Shown here: in pieces, positions 20,316 through 30,304 of the stretch | Layout of the letters: each line of letters begins with the position of its first letter | Position numbering within the stretch: the first letter of the stretch is position 1 | Assembly (NCBI GenBank): GCA_023144635.1 | Contig: JAGLFH010000030.1 | Span: 18,386-82,385, forward strand | Direction: 5' to 3' | From: Candidatus Auribacterota bacterium | GTDB lineage: Bacteria > Auribacterota > JAFGBW01 > JAFGJP01 | Length of the DNA: 64,000 bases | The notes under the pieces: generated by a model | What the model was told of the DNA's origin: nothing | Seen by the model: the letters and a program-made list of their open reading frames with translations, nothing else | The model's database searches: none | Program-made: the position numbers and the translations under genes

Positions 20316-22397
20316 TTGGATGATTATTGGAGGATCAATATGGAAAGAAAAATAAAAATCTTAGGAAAGCTTCTAATTTCGATAGCGTTTTCCTTACTTA
20401 TATTAAGCTTGATATTCCGGCTTGTAAATACTGCTGATAGAGAAATAAATAAGTCACTTTTATTTCAAGTAATTAGAAGTGCTTCTTTTTTATTGATGAC
20501 AGTATATTTATTTTTTACGGTGTTGCAAGCTTTTCTAAGAGCGATGCGATACAGGTTTTTTCTTGAGTGTTGCAGTGAAGAGAACCTGCCAGGGTCTTTT
20601 GATATGTTTATTGTTACAGTTGTAAGAAATATGTTTGTAGACCTGTTACCTGTAAGGATTGGTGAGCTTAGTTATGTTGCTCTTCTAAATAAAGGGTATA
20701 AGGTAAAGGGTGCTAATGCACTTTCTTCTCTTGCTGTTAGTTTCTTTTTTGATTTTATAACGATTGCTTTTCTGTTTTTTGTGATTGTGCTATACCAGTC
20801 TTTATGGGGAAGTATGCAAATTGTAATGTGGAGGTTTTTAGCAGGAGCTGTGTTTTTTGTCTTTCTCGCGGGAATATTCCTTTTTTACCTTTTAAAAAAA
20901 TCTGCACCAGTTTTATTGTCTTTAAAAAAGAGAACAGAAGTAAGAATAATCTTAAGAATAATTGATTTTGTTCTTCTTTTTATAGATTCGGTGGAAAAAG
21001 TTAAGAGCAAAAATATTTTTGGAAAAGCATTAATCCTTTCTTTTTTTATAAGAATCTGTAAATATACAGGTTTTTATTTTGCTTTTCTTGCAGTAACTGT
21101 TTCTTCTTTTCCAAAACTTGCGCTGGCTTCTATAGCAGATGTTTTTTTAACACTGATTACTGCAGAAGGTGCAGCCGGTATACCTGTGCCGTCATTTATG
21201 GGGTTTGGCCCTTATGAGGCAGGAGGTATGGCCGTTCTTACGTTACTGGGTTTTTCAGCTTCTACTTCTGTGTTAACAATGTTTGCAATGCATATTTACT
21301 CTCAAGCGTTTGATTATTTGGCAGGATTATTTGCATTGATCATATTTTTATTTAGAGGAAATAAAAATAGACTAAATACAATTAAAAGCTCTAGTTTAAG
21401 ATATTTGAAAAGGTCATTAATAATGATCTTTTTAGCTGTAATGATGTTTCTTTTTATTCAAGAGTTTATGAGTTTTAAAAAACACGGGGCTTTTATTCCT
21501 CCTCCAAAAGGGAATGAAGCAGCCTGCAAAAAAGAACTAAGAAATGATTCCGATTTAAGTGATATTAATGGATTTATTGTCTGGTCTTCAAACAGGTACG
21601 GGAATCATGACATACTTATGCGAAAGCTTTCCAATGGGAAAATATCACGTCTTACAGAACATCCGCATACAGAATATTTTCCAAGGATATCACCTGATGG
21701 AAAAAGAATAATTTTTTGCCGCTCACAATCTCCGTGGGTATCTCAGCGCGACTTTTTTCACTGGGATGTCTATATGATGGATATTGATACAAAAAAAGAA
21801 AAATTTATAGCACGGTTCGCCAACACGCCTCATTGGTCAGAAGATGGAAGTAAAATATATTTTCAATATAAAGAAACGATGTTTGCCGGGTATGATGTTA
21901 ATACGGATAAAATAACAGTTCTGTTCCAATCAGGAAAAACACCTTTTTCTGAAGGTGTACAACTTGTAAATCCGCATTTTAGCTCTTTAACAAAAAGTCT
22001 TGCGGTAACTCTTCGCGGAAAAGAAAGAGCAGCCGCAATAGCAACTTGTAAAGGAGGTCTGATCTTTGTTAGTAATGGATGTCAGCTGACATGGTCACTG
22101 GACGGCCTGTATTTGTATTTTGTAGAAAAGAATGCTATTCATAAGTATTTTCCCAAAGAAGAGAAAAGGGAGTTATGGTTTGAACTTAGTGGTGACTATT
22201 CACACGTTTATTTCCCAAAGGTTGATAATACAGGAAATTATCTTATATTGGGAGCATGTGCAAAAGGTCATGAGCATGATACTGCAGATTATGAAATCTT
22301 CTTATGGAAAATAGGAACAGATATGAAGAAAGTTATTAGAATGACTTTTCATACAGGAAATGATAACTGGCCGGATATTTATATAAATGCAAAATAA
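20316..22397 (+). CDS. membrane protein: flippase-like (LPG-synthase TM-type, UPF0104) domain fused to periplasmic TolB-type beta-propeller
   Basis: N-terminal ~340 aa polytopic, then TM, then PD40-like repeats (YGNHDILMRKLSNGKISRLTEHP...YFPRISPDGKRIIF). Confidence 0.6.
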   Translation: MDDYWRINMERKIKILGKLLISIAFSLLILSLIFRLVNTADREINKSLLFQVIRSASFLLMTVYLFFTVLQAFLRAMRYRFFLECCSEENLPGSFDMFIVTVVRNMFVDLLPVRIGELSYVALLNKGYKVKGANALSSLAVSFFFDFITIAFLFFVIVLYQSLWGSMQIVMWRFLAGAVFFVFLAGIFLFYLLKKSAPVLLSLKKRTEVRIILRIIDFVLLFIDSVEKVKSKNIFGKALILSFFIRICKYTGFYFAFLAVTVSSFPKLALASIADVFLTLITAEGAAGIPVPSFMGFGPYEAGGMAVLTLLGFSASTSVLTMFAMHIYSQAFDYLAGLFALIIFLFRGNKNRLNTIKSSSLRYLKRSLIMIFLAVMMFLFIQEFMSFKKHGAFIPPPKGNEAACKKELRNDSDLSDINGFIVWSSNRYGNHDILMRKLSNGKISRLTEHPHTEYFPRISPDGKRIIFCRSQSPWVSQRDFFHWDVYMMDIDTKKEKFIARFANTPHWSEDGSKIYFQYKETMFAGYDVNTDKITVLFQSGKTPFSEGVQLVNPHFSSLTKSLAVTLRGKERAAAIATCKGGLIFVSNGCQLTWSLDGLYLYFVEKNAIHKYFPKEEKRELWFELSGDYSHVYFPKVDNTGNYLILGACAKGHEHDTADYEIFLWKIGTDMKKVIRMTFHTGNDNWPDIYINAK

Positions 22398-24189
22398 GAA
22401 GAAAATATTAGATCATCTTATTTCTGAAAAATGGCTATGGATATTGATAGTGATCCTTACTTTTTCCGGAATTTTTGACCATGACCTTTGGGAGCCGCAT
22501 GAATATCGTGAAGCAGGGGTAGCTTATGAAATGGCACATAATAAAAATTTTATTGTTCCCCATCTTGCAGGAAAACCCTTTGTTGAAAAACCTCCTCTTT
22601 TTTATTTTTTTCTTGCTTTGGGATATCTTTTAACAGGATTTAATGCTGCGCGTATTTTTCGATTTTTGTGTGCTTTGTGGTCGTTGGGTACTTTGTTTAT
22701 AGTTTTTAAATCGGGTAAAATACTTTTTAAGGATAATCTTAAAAGAGGATCTTTGACTGCAGCTCTTATTTTAGCAACATCACTTGGTTTTTTGCGGCTT
22801 TCACATTTTATTATTGTTGATATTCTTCTTGCTTTTTTTGTATCACTTGCTTATTTCTATTTTTTAAAAGTTGTAAAAGGAAATAATAAGTATTCTCTTT
22901 TTTTGTTTTTTGCATCTGTAACAGGTTCATTTCTAACAAAAGGTTTAATTGGACCTTTATTTATTTTTGGAGGTATAGGTTTATATATACTTGTCTCCAG
23001 AAAGTGGGGGTTGATAAAAAAAATATTATATATGCCAGGTATTTTATTTTTTATTTTTACTGCGCTTCTTTGGCTTATACCATTTTATCTTTGGGATAAA
23101 GGCGGTGTTTTTAAAATATGGTTTTGGGATCAGCACTTTGGTCGGTTTACGGGAACAGCTTATGGACATAAGCAGGTCTCTGGAGAGGCCGTAACGCAAT
23201 TACTCATAAGCCTTTTTCCTTGGACGATTGCGTTTTTTGTTGGAGTTATATATTATTTCAGATCAAAGACTTCACTTAAGTTAAGATCGTTGTCATTAAA
23301 AAGTCCGTGGATACTAATATTTTGCTGGGGAATTTTTGGTATGATGTTTCTATCTCTTTCCAGATCTTTTAGATCAGTATATCTTCTTCCTTTACTTCCA
23401 GCATGGGCTTTGATCATGTCCCTTATTATCTCATCAGGTAAAAAGGAAATATCTTTTATTAAATTTGGGGCAGGGCTGATTTTATTTTTTATTCTTACAA
23501 TAAATATTTCATTTCCGTTTATTAACCGTTATAAGGCAATAAACGATTCGATTCTGTCAATTAATGATCATGTGAGTATTAAAAGTGATGTTATAGGATG
23601 GCAGCTTTCAGAGAGTATAAGTGGTATTATACCTATATATACAAAGCGTTTTGTTTATAATATTAAGGAACCATCTTTCTATGATCCTGAATTTAAAAGT
23701 ATTCGCAATAAAGATTTTTACAGTTATTTAAATTCTCGTTTTGATATGTGGATAGTCGGAGAGTTTGATCTTACTTTTTTTCCTTCTAAAAAAATATATT
23801 ATTCTATCTTGTTTCCAGAAATAATAGATGAGTATTTAATTTTCAAAAAAAATGTCTATGTTATTACTACAAAAGACCACGTAATTAACCTGAAACCGAG
23901 GTTGAAAATATATATGTCTAATTTATATGATCTTTCTGAAAACCGCTATTTTCTTAAACGTTTTTATGTTGAAGATATTTTTTCTTTTAATGATATTTTT
24001 CCTGTTATAGAAGATAAAACTTCTTATAGAATTCCATTAAAGGCTTTTTATGCAAACAGTATAATGTTTCCCGAGAACTTAAATATAGTGATGAAAATAG
24101 AAAAAGAAATACCTTTTTATCCAAACAGATCAATTGAAGAACAAGAAGATTTTATCTGTATTTGCAGAAAAATATATAATGCCGGATAG
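22387..24189 (+). CDS. GT-C family glycosyltransferase (ArnT/PMT-like, GT83/GT39) with ~230-aa C-terminal soluble domain
   Basis: HEYREAGVAYEM...PPLFYFFLALG loop motif typical of ArnT-like transferases; ~11 TM; start overlaps the upstream stop. Confidence 0.6.
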   Translation: MQNKKKILDHLISEKWLWILIVILTFSGIFDHDLWEPHEYREAGVAYEMAHNKNFIVPHLAGKPFVEKPPLFYFFLALGYLLTGFNAARIFRFLCALWSLGTLFIVFKSGKILFKDNLKRGSLTAALILATSLGFLRLSHFIIVDILLAFFVSLAYFYFLKVVKGNNKYSLFLFFASVTGSFLTKGLIGPLFIFGGIGLYILVSRKWGLIKKILYMPGILFFIFTALLWLIPFYLWDKGGVFKIWFWDQHFGRFTGTAYGHKQVSGEAVTQLLISLFPWTIAFFVGVIYYFRSKTSLKLRSLSLKSPWILIFCWGIFGMMFLSLSRSFRSVYLLPLLPAWALIMSLIISSGKKEISFIKFGAGLILFFILTINISFPFINRYKAINDSILSINDHVSIKSDVIGWQLSESISGIIPIYTKRFVYNIKEPSFYDPEFKSIRNKDFYSYLNSRFDMWIVGEFDLTFFPSKKIYYSILFPEIIDEYLIFKKNVYVITTKDHVINLKPRLKIYMSNLYDLSENRYFLKRFYVEDIFSFNDIFPVIEDKTSYRIPLKAFYANSIMFPENLNIVMKIEKEIPFYPNRSIEEQEDFICICRKIYNAG

Positions 24190-24401
24190 TCAACAGTCGA
24201 CTGATTATTGTTTATGAAAATAGAAAGATTTTAAATAACAAACATCAGTTTCAAATTAAGAAATGACAGCTTATTGTAAAACACGATTTTTAGAATTTGA
24301 CTTTTTTATAGTTTAGAATTTCAGATTTGTTTCGAGTTTCGATATTTGAATTTTGGATTTATTTGTAATTTGTTAATTGATGGTTGGTGCTTTTACCTGT
24401 C

Positions 24402-25547
24402 TTACTCTAAAAGTGCCCAGTTACCATCTTTTATTGTGACAATCGTAAAAGCATCTTCAGTAAGACCATTATGATCTTTTTTTGAGAACTGAAAGACTCC
24501 GCTTATCCCGGTAAAGTTCATCTTTTCAATTTCTTTACGGATCTTTGATCTATTGGGTCCTGCTTTTTCAATAGCTTTTATGAGGATCATAAATGCATCA
24601 TAACCGTGGCCGCCGAAAGTGTCGGGATCTTTACCATATTTTTCAGTAAAATCTTTTTTATATTTAAGCAGAATAGTCTTCTGAGGATCATTGTCATCAA
24701 GCTTTTCACAAACTAGCAATCTTCCGGCAGGAAGTATATTGCCTTCGCATGCATCACCTGCAAGTTCAATGAATTTTTTAGATGCAACCCCATGGCTTTG
24801 TATAAGTAAAGTATCTATTTGAAGTTCTTTCATGTTTTTTGCAACATATGCAGGCCCTGGGTTAGTTCCCCAGCAAATTATGGCTTTAGGATCCTGTTTT
24901 TTTATATTGCTAAGCTGTTTTTTTATATCCGTTGTATTTGGACTGAAAGTATTATTTGCAACTATGTTAAAACCATAACTGGCCGCGGCCGTTTCAAGCT
25001 GTATCTGTCCGCTTTTGCCAAACGCATTTTCAACTGTTAAAAATGCTATTTTCTGTAATCCGTTTTTTTTAAGATAGCTGTAAATTTTTTGTACTGCAAT
25101 TCTATCACTTTGAGCGGTTTTAAATACCCACTTTCTTTCTCTTACAGGTTCTACAATTTTTATACTTGCAGCACATGATATCAAAGGAATTTCTTTTTGA
25201 TTGACAAGATCTACGATGGCAAGCGATGTTCCTGAAAGAGTAGGACCTACAATAGCGACCACATTGTCTTCATTAATAAGTTTTTTTGCCAGGTATAATG
25301 TATTTGTTGCATCTCCTTTTGTATCATAAATTATTACTTCCAGTTTTTTGCCATTAATGCCGCCGTTTGCATTGATTTGCTTGGTAAGCATTTCTACAGT
25401 TTCTTTTTCTGGAATTCCAAGAAATGATGTTCTACCGCTAACCGAAAAGAGTGCCCCTATTTTGATTACATCTTCTTCAGCAAAAATAGGATTTATTATG
25501 CAGAGAGATATGTATAAACAAATAAAATATATGAAAGTTTTTTTCAC
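24402..25547 (-). CDS. orphan periplasmic binding protein, close paralog of LivK 14045..15190
   Basis: Near-identical motif blocks (IKIGALFSVSGRTSFLG, GIVGPTLSGTS). Track ORF extends to 25748, but GTG at 25547 is preceded by a GGGGGGG RBS and gives a signal peptide MKKTFIYFICL. Confidence 0.75.
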   Translation of the reverse strand: MKKTFIYFICLYISLCIINPIFAEEDVIKIGALFSVSGRTSFLGIPEKETVEMLTKQINANGGINGKKLEVIIYDTKGDATNTLYLAKKLINEDNVVAIVGPTLSGTSLAIVDLVNQKEIPLISCAASIKIVEPVRERKWVFKTAQSDRIAVQKIYSYLKKNGLQKIAFLTVENAFGKSGQIQLETAAASYGFNIVANNTFSPNTTDIKKQLSNIKKQDPKAIICWGTNPGPAYVAKNMKELQIDTLLIQSHGVASKKFIELAGDACEGNILPAGRLLVCEKLDDNDPQKTILLKYKKDFTEKYGKDPDTFGGHGYDAFMILIKAIEKAGPNRSKIRKEIEKMNFTGISGVFQFSKKDHNGLTEDAFTIVTIKDGNWALLE

Positions 25548-25567
25548 TTTTAATTCCCCCCCCGTAT

Positions 25568-25590
25568 TTATAACAAAATAATTGTTATAA
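25568..25590. promoter_or_regulatory. perfect palindrome TTATAACAA-N5-TTGTTATAA in the divergent promoter region (candidate operator)
   Basis: 9-bp perfect inverted arms with a 5-bp spacer, centred in the 94-bp gap between divergent genes. Confidence 0.45.
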
Positions 25591-25641
25591 TAATATAAAT
25601 ATACCATAATTGGAAAATCAATCAAATAAAAGGTAATAAAT

Positions 25642-26433
25642 ATGATAGTTGATATACATACACATGCATATCCTGACGATATAAGCGTTAAAGCTATTGA
25701 GAATATGGAAAGGATTTTTGGGCTGGATTCCTTTTGTGGAGGAAGCATAAAAGAACTATTATCAGCAATGGATAAGACAGGAGTTGATATTTCTGTTTTA
25801 CAGGGAGTTGCTTTGAATCCTCACCAGGTAATCTCCATAAACACATGGATGGGTAGTGTACAATCGAAAAGAATAAAATGTTTTGCAGCAATGCATCCTG
25901 ATTTAGGCGGTTTTGCTGATGAAATTGAAAGGATAAAAGAATTTGGTTTTTGGGGTGTTAAGTTTCAACCTGAATTTCAGGATTTTACACCAGATGAAGA
26001 ACGGATGTTTCCTTTTTATGAAAAGATAAACGAGCTTGATCTGGGAGTTCTTTTCCATACTGGTTTTGAACTGAGTAATCCCGGTGTTGTTCATGCAAGC
26101 CCGGAAAGTATTTTAAATGTCCATAAGCTTTTTCCAGAAATGAAGATGATTGCAGGCCATTTTGGAGGGTTTATGCAATGGGAAGAGGTGGAAAAATATA
26201 TTGTAGGAACAGATGTTCTTCTAGATACTGCCTGTGTTTTTGGGAACCTTGAAGATGAACGGATATATAAAATTATACGTTCTCATGGAGCAGATAAAAT
26301 ACTTCTTGGTTCTGATCATCCTCTTTTTTCTTCTCGTGAAGCAGTAGAAGGAATAAAAAAACTTGGATTTACAAAAGATGAAGAATCTTTGATGCTTGGT
26401 AAAAATGCATTAAGGCTTTTTGGAAAGGAGTAG
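25642..26433 (+). CDS. amidohydrolase-2 family TIM-barrel metal-dependent hydrolase
   Basis: N-terminal IVDIHTHAYPDD metal-binding motif; HFGGF; conserved D near C-terminus (GSDHP). Confidence 0.7.
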   Translation: MIVDIHTHAYPDDISVKAIENMERIFGLDSFCGGSIKELLSAMDKTGVDISVLQGVALNPHQVISINTWMGSVQSKRIKCFAAMHPDLGGFADEIERIKEFGFWGVKFQPEFQDFTPDEERMFPFYEKINELDLGVLFHTGFELSNPGVVHASPESILNVHKLFPEMKMIAGHFGGFMQWEEVEKYIVGTDVLLDTACVFGNLEDERIYKIIRSHGADKILLGSDHPLFSSREAVEGIKKLGFTKDEESLMLGKNALRLFGKE

Positions 26434-26777
26434 GGCATCGCTTGTTTTAATCCTGAGTAAAGTCGAAGGGCCCGCGCTCGAGTAAAATGTTTTATGTTTT
26501 GATTTTTTTTTGTTATTTGGGATCTGATTATATATTTAAAATTAATGTCGTCATCCCTGTGAAAACAGGGATCCACGTAAAAAGAAACCATTAAAAGCAT
26601 ATGAAAAATTTTATTTTTATTAATAAATATAAGCTGATATGCAAACAAAATTATTATGTAGAATATGTAAAAGATACTGGATACTTTGTTGGAGATGAGA
26701 TAAAATATTAATTTTAGAGTATAAAAAAATGAACACAAATAATTACGGCTTAAAGAGCTGTAATAAAGGAGGATCGT

Positions 26778-27521
26778 ATGAAAGGAGTAAGAGCAGTTTT
26801 ATCTTTAGCCGTTTTTGCAATTGTTCTGTCATTTGCATTTTTGGGTTATTCAGAGGAAATCACAATTGATGCTGGTATCCAAAGTAAATATATATGGAGG
26901 GGTCTTGTTCCTACAGACGGTCCTGTTTTTCAGACATCGATCAATTATGAAAATAAAGGTTTTACAATAAATGCATGGGGAAACATGGATCTTGATGATG
27001 CAAATGCTCTTAAGAATGAGTTTAGCGAATTAGACCTTACTTTAGAGTATGCTTGGAGTTATCAAGAGTTTGACTTAAGCGCTGGAATTATTATTTACAG
27101 TTTCCCGAATTCTGCTGTTAATGATTCAGGTGAATTCTATTTTGGTATTGTAGGAAATTACAAACTTTCACCTTCTTTAACTCTTTATTATGATTATGAA
27201 GAAGGAAGCGGTCTATATGCTTCATTTGATATTAGCCACACTTGTCCTCACTTTAGAATTTCAGATAGTGCTACCGGTGAAGTAGTCTTTGATGCAGGAA
27301 TAGGCTGGGCTGATTCTAATATGACTAATTTCATGTTTGGTTTAGATGAGTCAGCTTTATCAGATCTGCATTTAGGATTAAGTGTTCCTATAGCATTATC
27401 TGAGAGCTGGACGATAGAGCCTAGCGTTATAGGTTCTTTTTTGCTCGACAGCGATGTTAAAGACCTTGCTGATAATAAAAGCAATGCATCTATAGGTATA
27501 AATGTAAGCTACGTATTTTAG
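26778..27521 (+). CDS. small outer-membrane beta-barrel protein (Gcw_chp/TIGR02001-like), paralog 1
   Basis: Signal peptide, alternating beta-strand pattern, terminal ...GINVSYVF; paralogous to 47223..47966. Confidence 0.55.
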   Translation: MKGVRAVLSLAVFAIVLSFAFLGYSEEITIDAGIQSKYIWRGLVPTDGPVFQTSINYENKGFTINAWGNMDLDDANALKNEFSELDLTLEYAWSYQEFDLSAGIIIYSFPNSAVNDSGEFYFGIVGNYKLSPSLTLYYDYEEGSGLYASFDISHTCPHFRISDSATGEVVFDAGIGWADSNMTNFMFGLDESALSDLHLGLSVPIALSESWTIEPSVIGSFLLDSDVKDLADNKSNASIGINVSYVF

Positions 27522-27538
27522 TAAGCTTTTTTAAAATT

Positions 27539-27574
27539 TCTCCCGTATCCCACTTTTAAAGCGGGATACGGGAG
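27539..27574 (+). terminator. stem-loop (putative terminator) after the Gcw_chp-like gene
   Basis: CTCCCGTATCCC-acttttaaagc-GGGATACGGGAG perfect 12-bp stem; weak T tract. Confidence 0.45.
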
Positions 27575-28007
27575 AAAGAAATATTTTATCTGTTTCAATT
27601 TTATTAAAAAATTTACGTATAAAAAAATCCCACAGTACAAATAATAAAGAACTTCACTTCACAGAATTCAAGCTTGTTTACAATAATACAAATTACGGTA
27701 TAGCTATGTCAGATTTTTCTGTAACCTTAGTTTATGAAATAAATATTTTGTGACTTGTCATGGGTTTGAGTCTAAGAAAATAATTGATCGGAAGATCTAC
27801 ATAGCTGATTATCTACGTTGGTCTTTTTAGCAGCACAGACGGCTTTTAACCGGCATCCTAATCGTAATATTTTTTGATTGATTTAAAAAAGATGTTTTAA
27901 CATTATATGTAACATGTTTTGATCAATCCGTTAATATAAAAGTTTATTTTATTCTCGAGTTATAATATAATAAAAGTTAATATTTTGATTTTAATTGTAA
28001 TAAAATA

Positions 28008-28757
28008 ATGGGGGGTGCTATGAAAAGGAATTTATTTGTTTTAAGTATTTTATTCTTATTGATGTTTTTCTTTGTTCAATCTGGTTACAGTTTTGACCAG
28101 TATCCTAATCTTGCTGAATATGCGCAGGTCAAATCAATGCTGGAAAGCGGGACTGTTCTGCTCATCAATTCATTAAGCCAGATTGAATATGATGCCGAGA
28201 CAATACCCGGGTCTATATGTCTTCCTATGGAAGAAGTGGAATCATCTTCCCTTATGCCGGAAGATAAGGGAAAAGCTCTTATTTTTTTCTGTAAAGGCCC
28301 CAAATGCCACAAAAGCCATGTTTCAGCTTTTATGGCTGAAAAAATGGGCTATAAAAATGTGTTTGTCTATTCGGGAGGTATTCCTGACTGGGCCATGAAT
28401 GGCGGGACTTTAGAACACAAAGTTTCCTATAAAGGGGTTACTACAGATTCTATATCAACAGATGGACTGAAAGCTGATCTGGATTCCGGAAAAGAAATTT
28501 TTATTCTGGATATCCAGGATGAAAAAACATTTGCCAAACACCACTTGGAAAAAGCAGTAAATATTCCTTTTTATCAACTCCATGAAAGAACCGGTGAAGT
28601 CCCTCAGGATGCAGACATCATACTCATTGATAAGGCAGCCAAACAGACTCCGCTGGCAGGAAAATATTTGAAGAAAAATGGCTATCAAAAAGTGAAATTT
28701 CTTGATGGCGGCGTTTTAGGTTGGCTTAAAGCAGGTCTTTCAGCAGTAACAAAATAA
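28008..28757 (+). CDS. periplasmic tandem rhodanese-domain sulfurtransferase
   Basis: Signal peptide; domain 1 has the active-site Cys (FFCKGPKCHKS); domain 2 is inactive with D in place of Cys. Confidence 0.65.
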   Translation: MGGAMKRNLFVLSILFLLMFFFVQSGYSFDQYPNLAEYAQVKSMLESGTVLLINSLSQIEYDAETIPGSICLPMEEVESSSLMPEDKGKALIFFCKGPKCHKSHVSAFMAEKMGYKNVFVYSGGIPDWAMNGGTLEHKVSYKGVTTDSISTDGLKADLDSGKEIFILDIQDEKTFAKHHLEKAVNIPFYQLHERTGEVPQDADIILIDKAAKQTPLAGKYLKKNGYQKVKFLDGGVLGWLKAGLSAVTK

Positions 28758-28785
28758 AGTTAACATTTTATAAAAGAGATTTTTT

Positions 28786-30282
28786 ATGTTGAATATAAAA
28801 AATTTAAAAATTAGGACAAAACTTTTTCTGTCTTTTTTTCTAATTGTATTGATTATTATTATTGCCAATGTTTTTGTGATTTCTTCGGCTTATAAAGTAA
28901 CAAACAGTGCGAAAACAGCCAGTCAAAAATATTCTCAGATGGTTTTTTTGATTGAGACAGAAAGAGATATTGGGAAAACAGTTGGACTGATTAATACATC
29001 TATCGGCGCAGGTACTAAGGAAGCTGTTAGTGATGCTGAAGCCTTTCACGAAATCTTCGTCCAAAAATTAAAAAACAGTACATTGGAGTTTTCTCATCTA
29101 CCTGATTTTTTGAATGAATGCCAAAAAATATCTGCTCTTTATGAGGAAATGTTTAAAAATGGCAAAGATTGGGCTCATTATAATATTGCGCAGGAGTGGG
29201 CAAAGATCAAAGCTCCAAAAGACGCATTTCATCGTCTTGCACAGAAGCTCCAGAATAAAATTTCTAAACTCAAAATTTCTTCCATGGAAGAAACTAATGA
29301 AAATCTTCAGGGTATCAGCCAGTCTTCCAGTTTCCTTATTTCATTAAATTTAATGGCTACTTTGATTAGCATTATCCTTTCCTTTGTTATAGCTTTTTTT
29401 CTTACAAAAGTTATTGCTGTTCCTGTTAAGCGGGCTGCTTTAATTATGAAAGATATTGCTGAAGGAGAGGGTGATCTTACAAAAAGAATGGCAATAGATT
29501 CAAAAGATGAAATAGGTGAATTGTCAGCTGCGTTCAATAAATTTATTGGCAATCTCATGAAAATTATTAAAAGTGTCAAGAAAACTTCAGAGCAGCTCAC
29601 TAATGCTATTTCTGAAATATCTTCAACCAGTCAGCAGATATCTGATGGTGCCCAGTAGCAAGCTGCCAGCTTTGAAGAACTCTCAGGTTCGGTTCAGAAG
29701 ACAGCCCAAAGTTCCGGCCAGTCAAATGAAATTGCGCAAAAAACTGCAAGCAAGGCCAGTGAAGCTGGAGAAGCCATGGAAACAACCATTGAGGCTATGC
29801 ATTTTATAGAAAAAAGCTCTCAAAAAATAGGAGAAGCTGTTGCTATTATTACAGATATTGCTGACCAGACTAATCTCCTTGCTCTCAATGCTGCCATAGA
29901 AGCAGCACGGGCTGGCGAGCACGGTAAAGGTTTTGCTGTTGTGGCGGATGAAGTGAGAAAATTAGCCGAAAGAAGTGCTTCTTCTGCAAAAGACATTACA
30001 GGCTTAATAAGTAACAGCTTAAGCCAGGTTGATAGCGGGGTGAATTTATCAAAAAATACCGGAGAGAATCTACAGGTAATTGTCAGTGATATCAAGAAAG
30101 TTGCAGAGCAGCTTGAGTCTATTTCCTTAAGTACGCAGGAGCAAGCAGCAACAATGGAAGAAAATACATCTATTACAGAGTCCAATGCGGCCGCTTCAGA
30201 AGAATTGGCTGCTTCTGCACAGGCTCTTTCGCTGGAGTCATCATCTCTTCAGCAAATGGTAAGACGATTTAAAACAGAGTAA
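28786..30282 (+). pseudogene. methyl-accepting chemotaxis protein interrupted by an in-frame TAG (29656-29658)
   Basis: ORFs 28786..29658 and 29776..30282 are in the same frame. Read across the TAG gives ...[22 protein letters not shown]..., matching ...[14 protein letters not shown]... in the two paralogous MCPs, where the codon is CAG. Confidence 0.6.
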
Positions 30283-30304
30283 CATAGCAAACAGGAGGTT
30301 ATAA

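Noticed and set aside
26316-26738. 140-aa minus-strand ORF in the spacer after the amidohydrolase
   Set aside because: Lies in AT-rich intergenic DNA with hairpins, has low-complexity Ile/Phe/Tyr-rich sequence typical of random AT-rich ORFs, and overlaps the amidohydrolase 3' end.
29656-29658. TAG as pyrrolysine or programmed recoding in the MCP
   Set aside because: Both paralogs carry Gln (CAG) at the aligned position, the second disrupted MCP uses TAA instead, and no pyl genes are visible. A nonsense mutation or sequence error is more parsimonious; kept as a finding only for verification.
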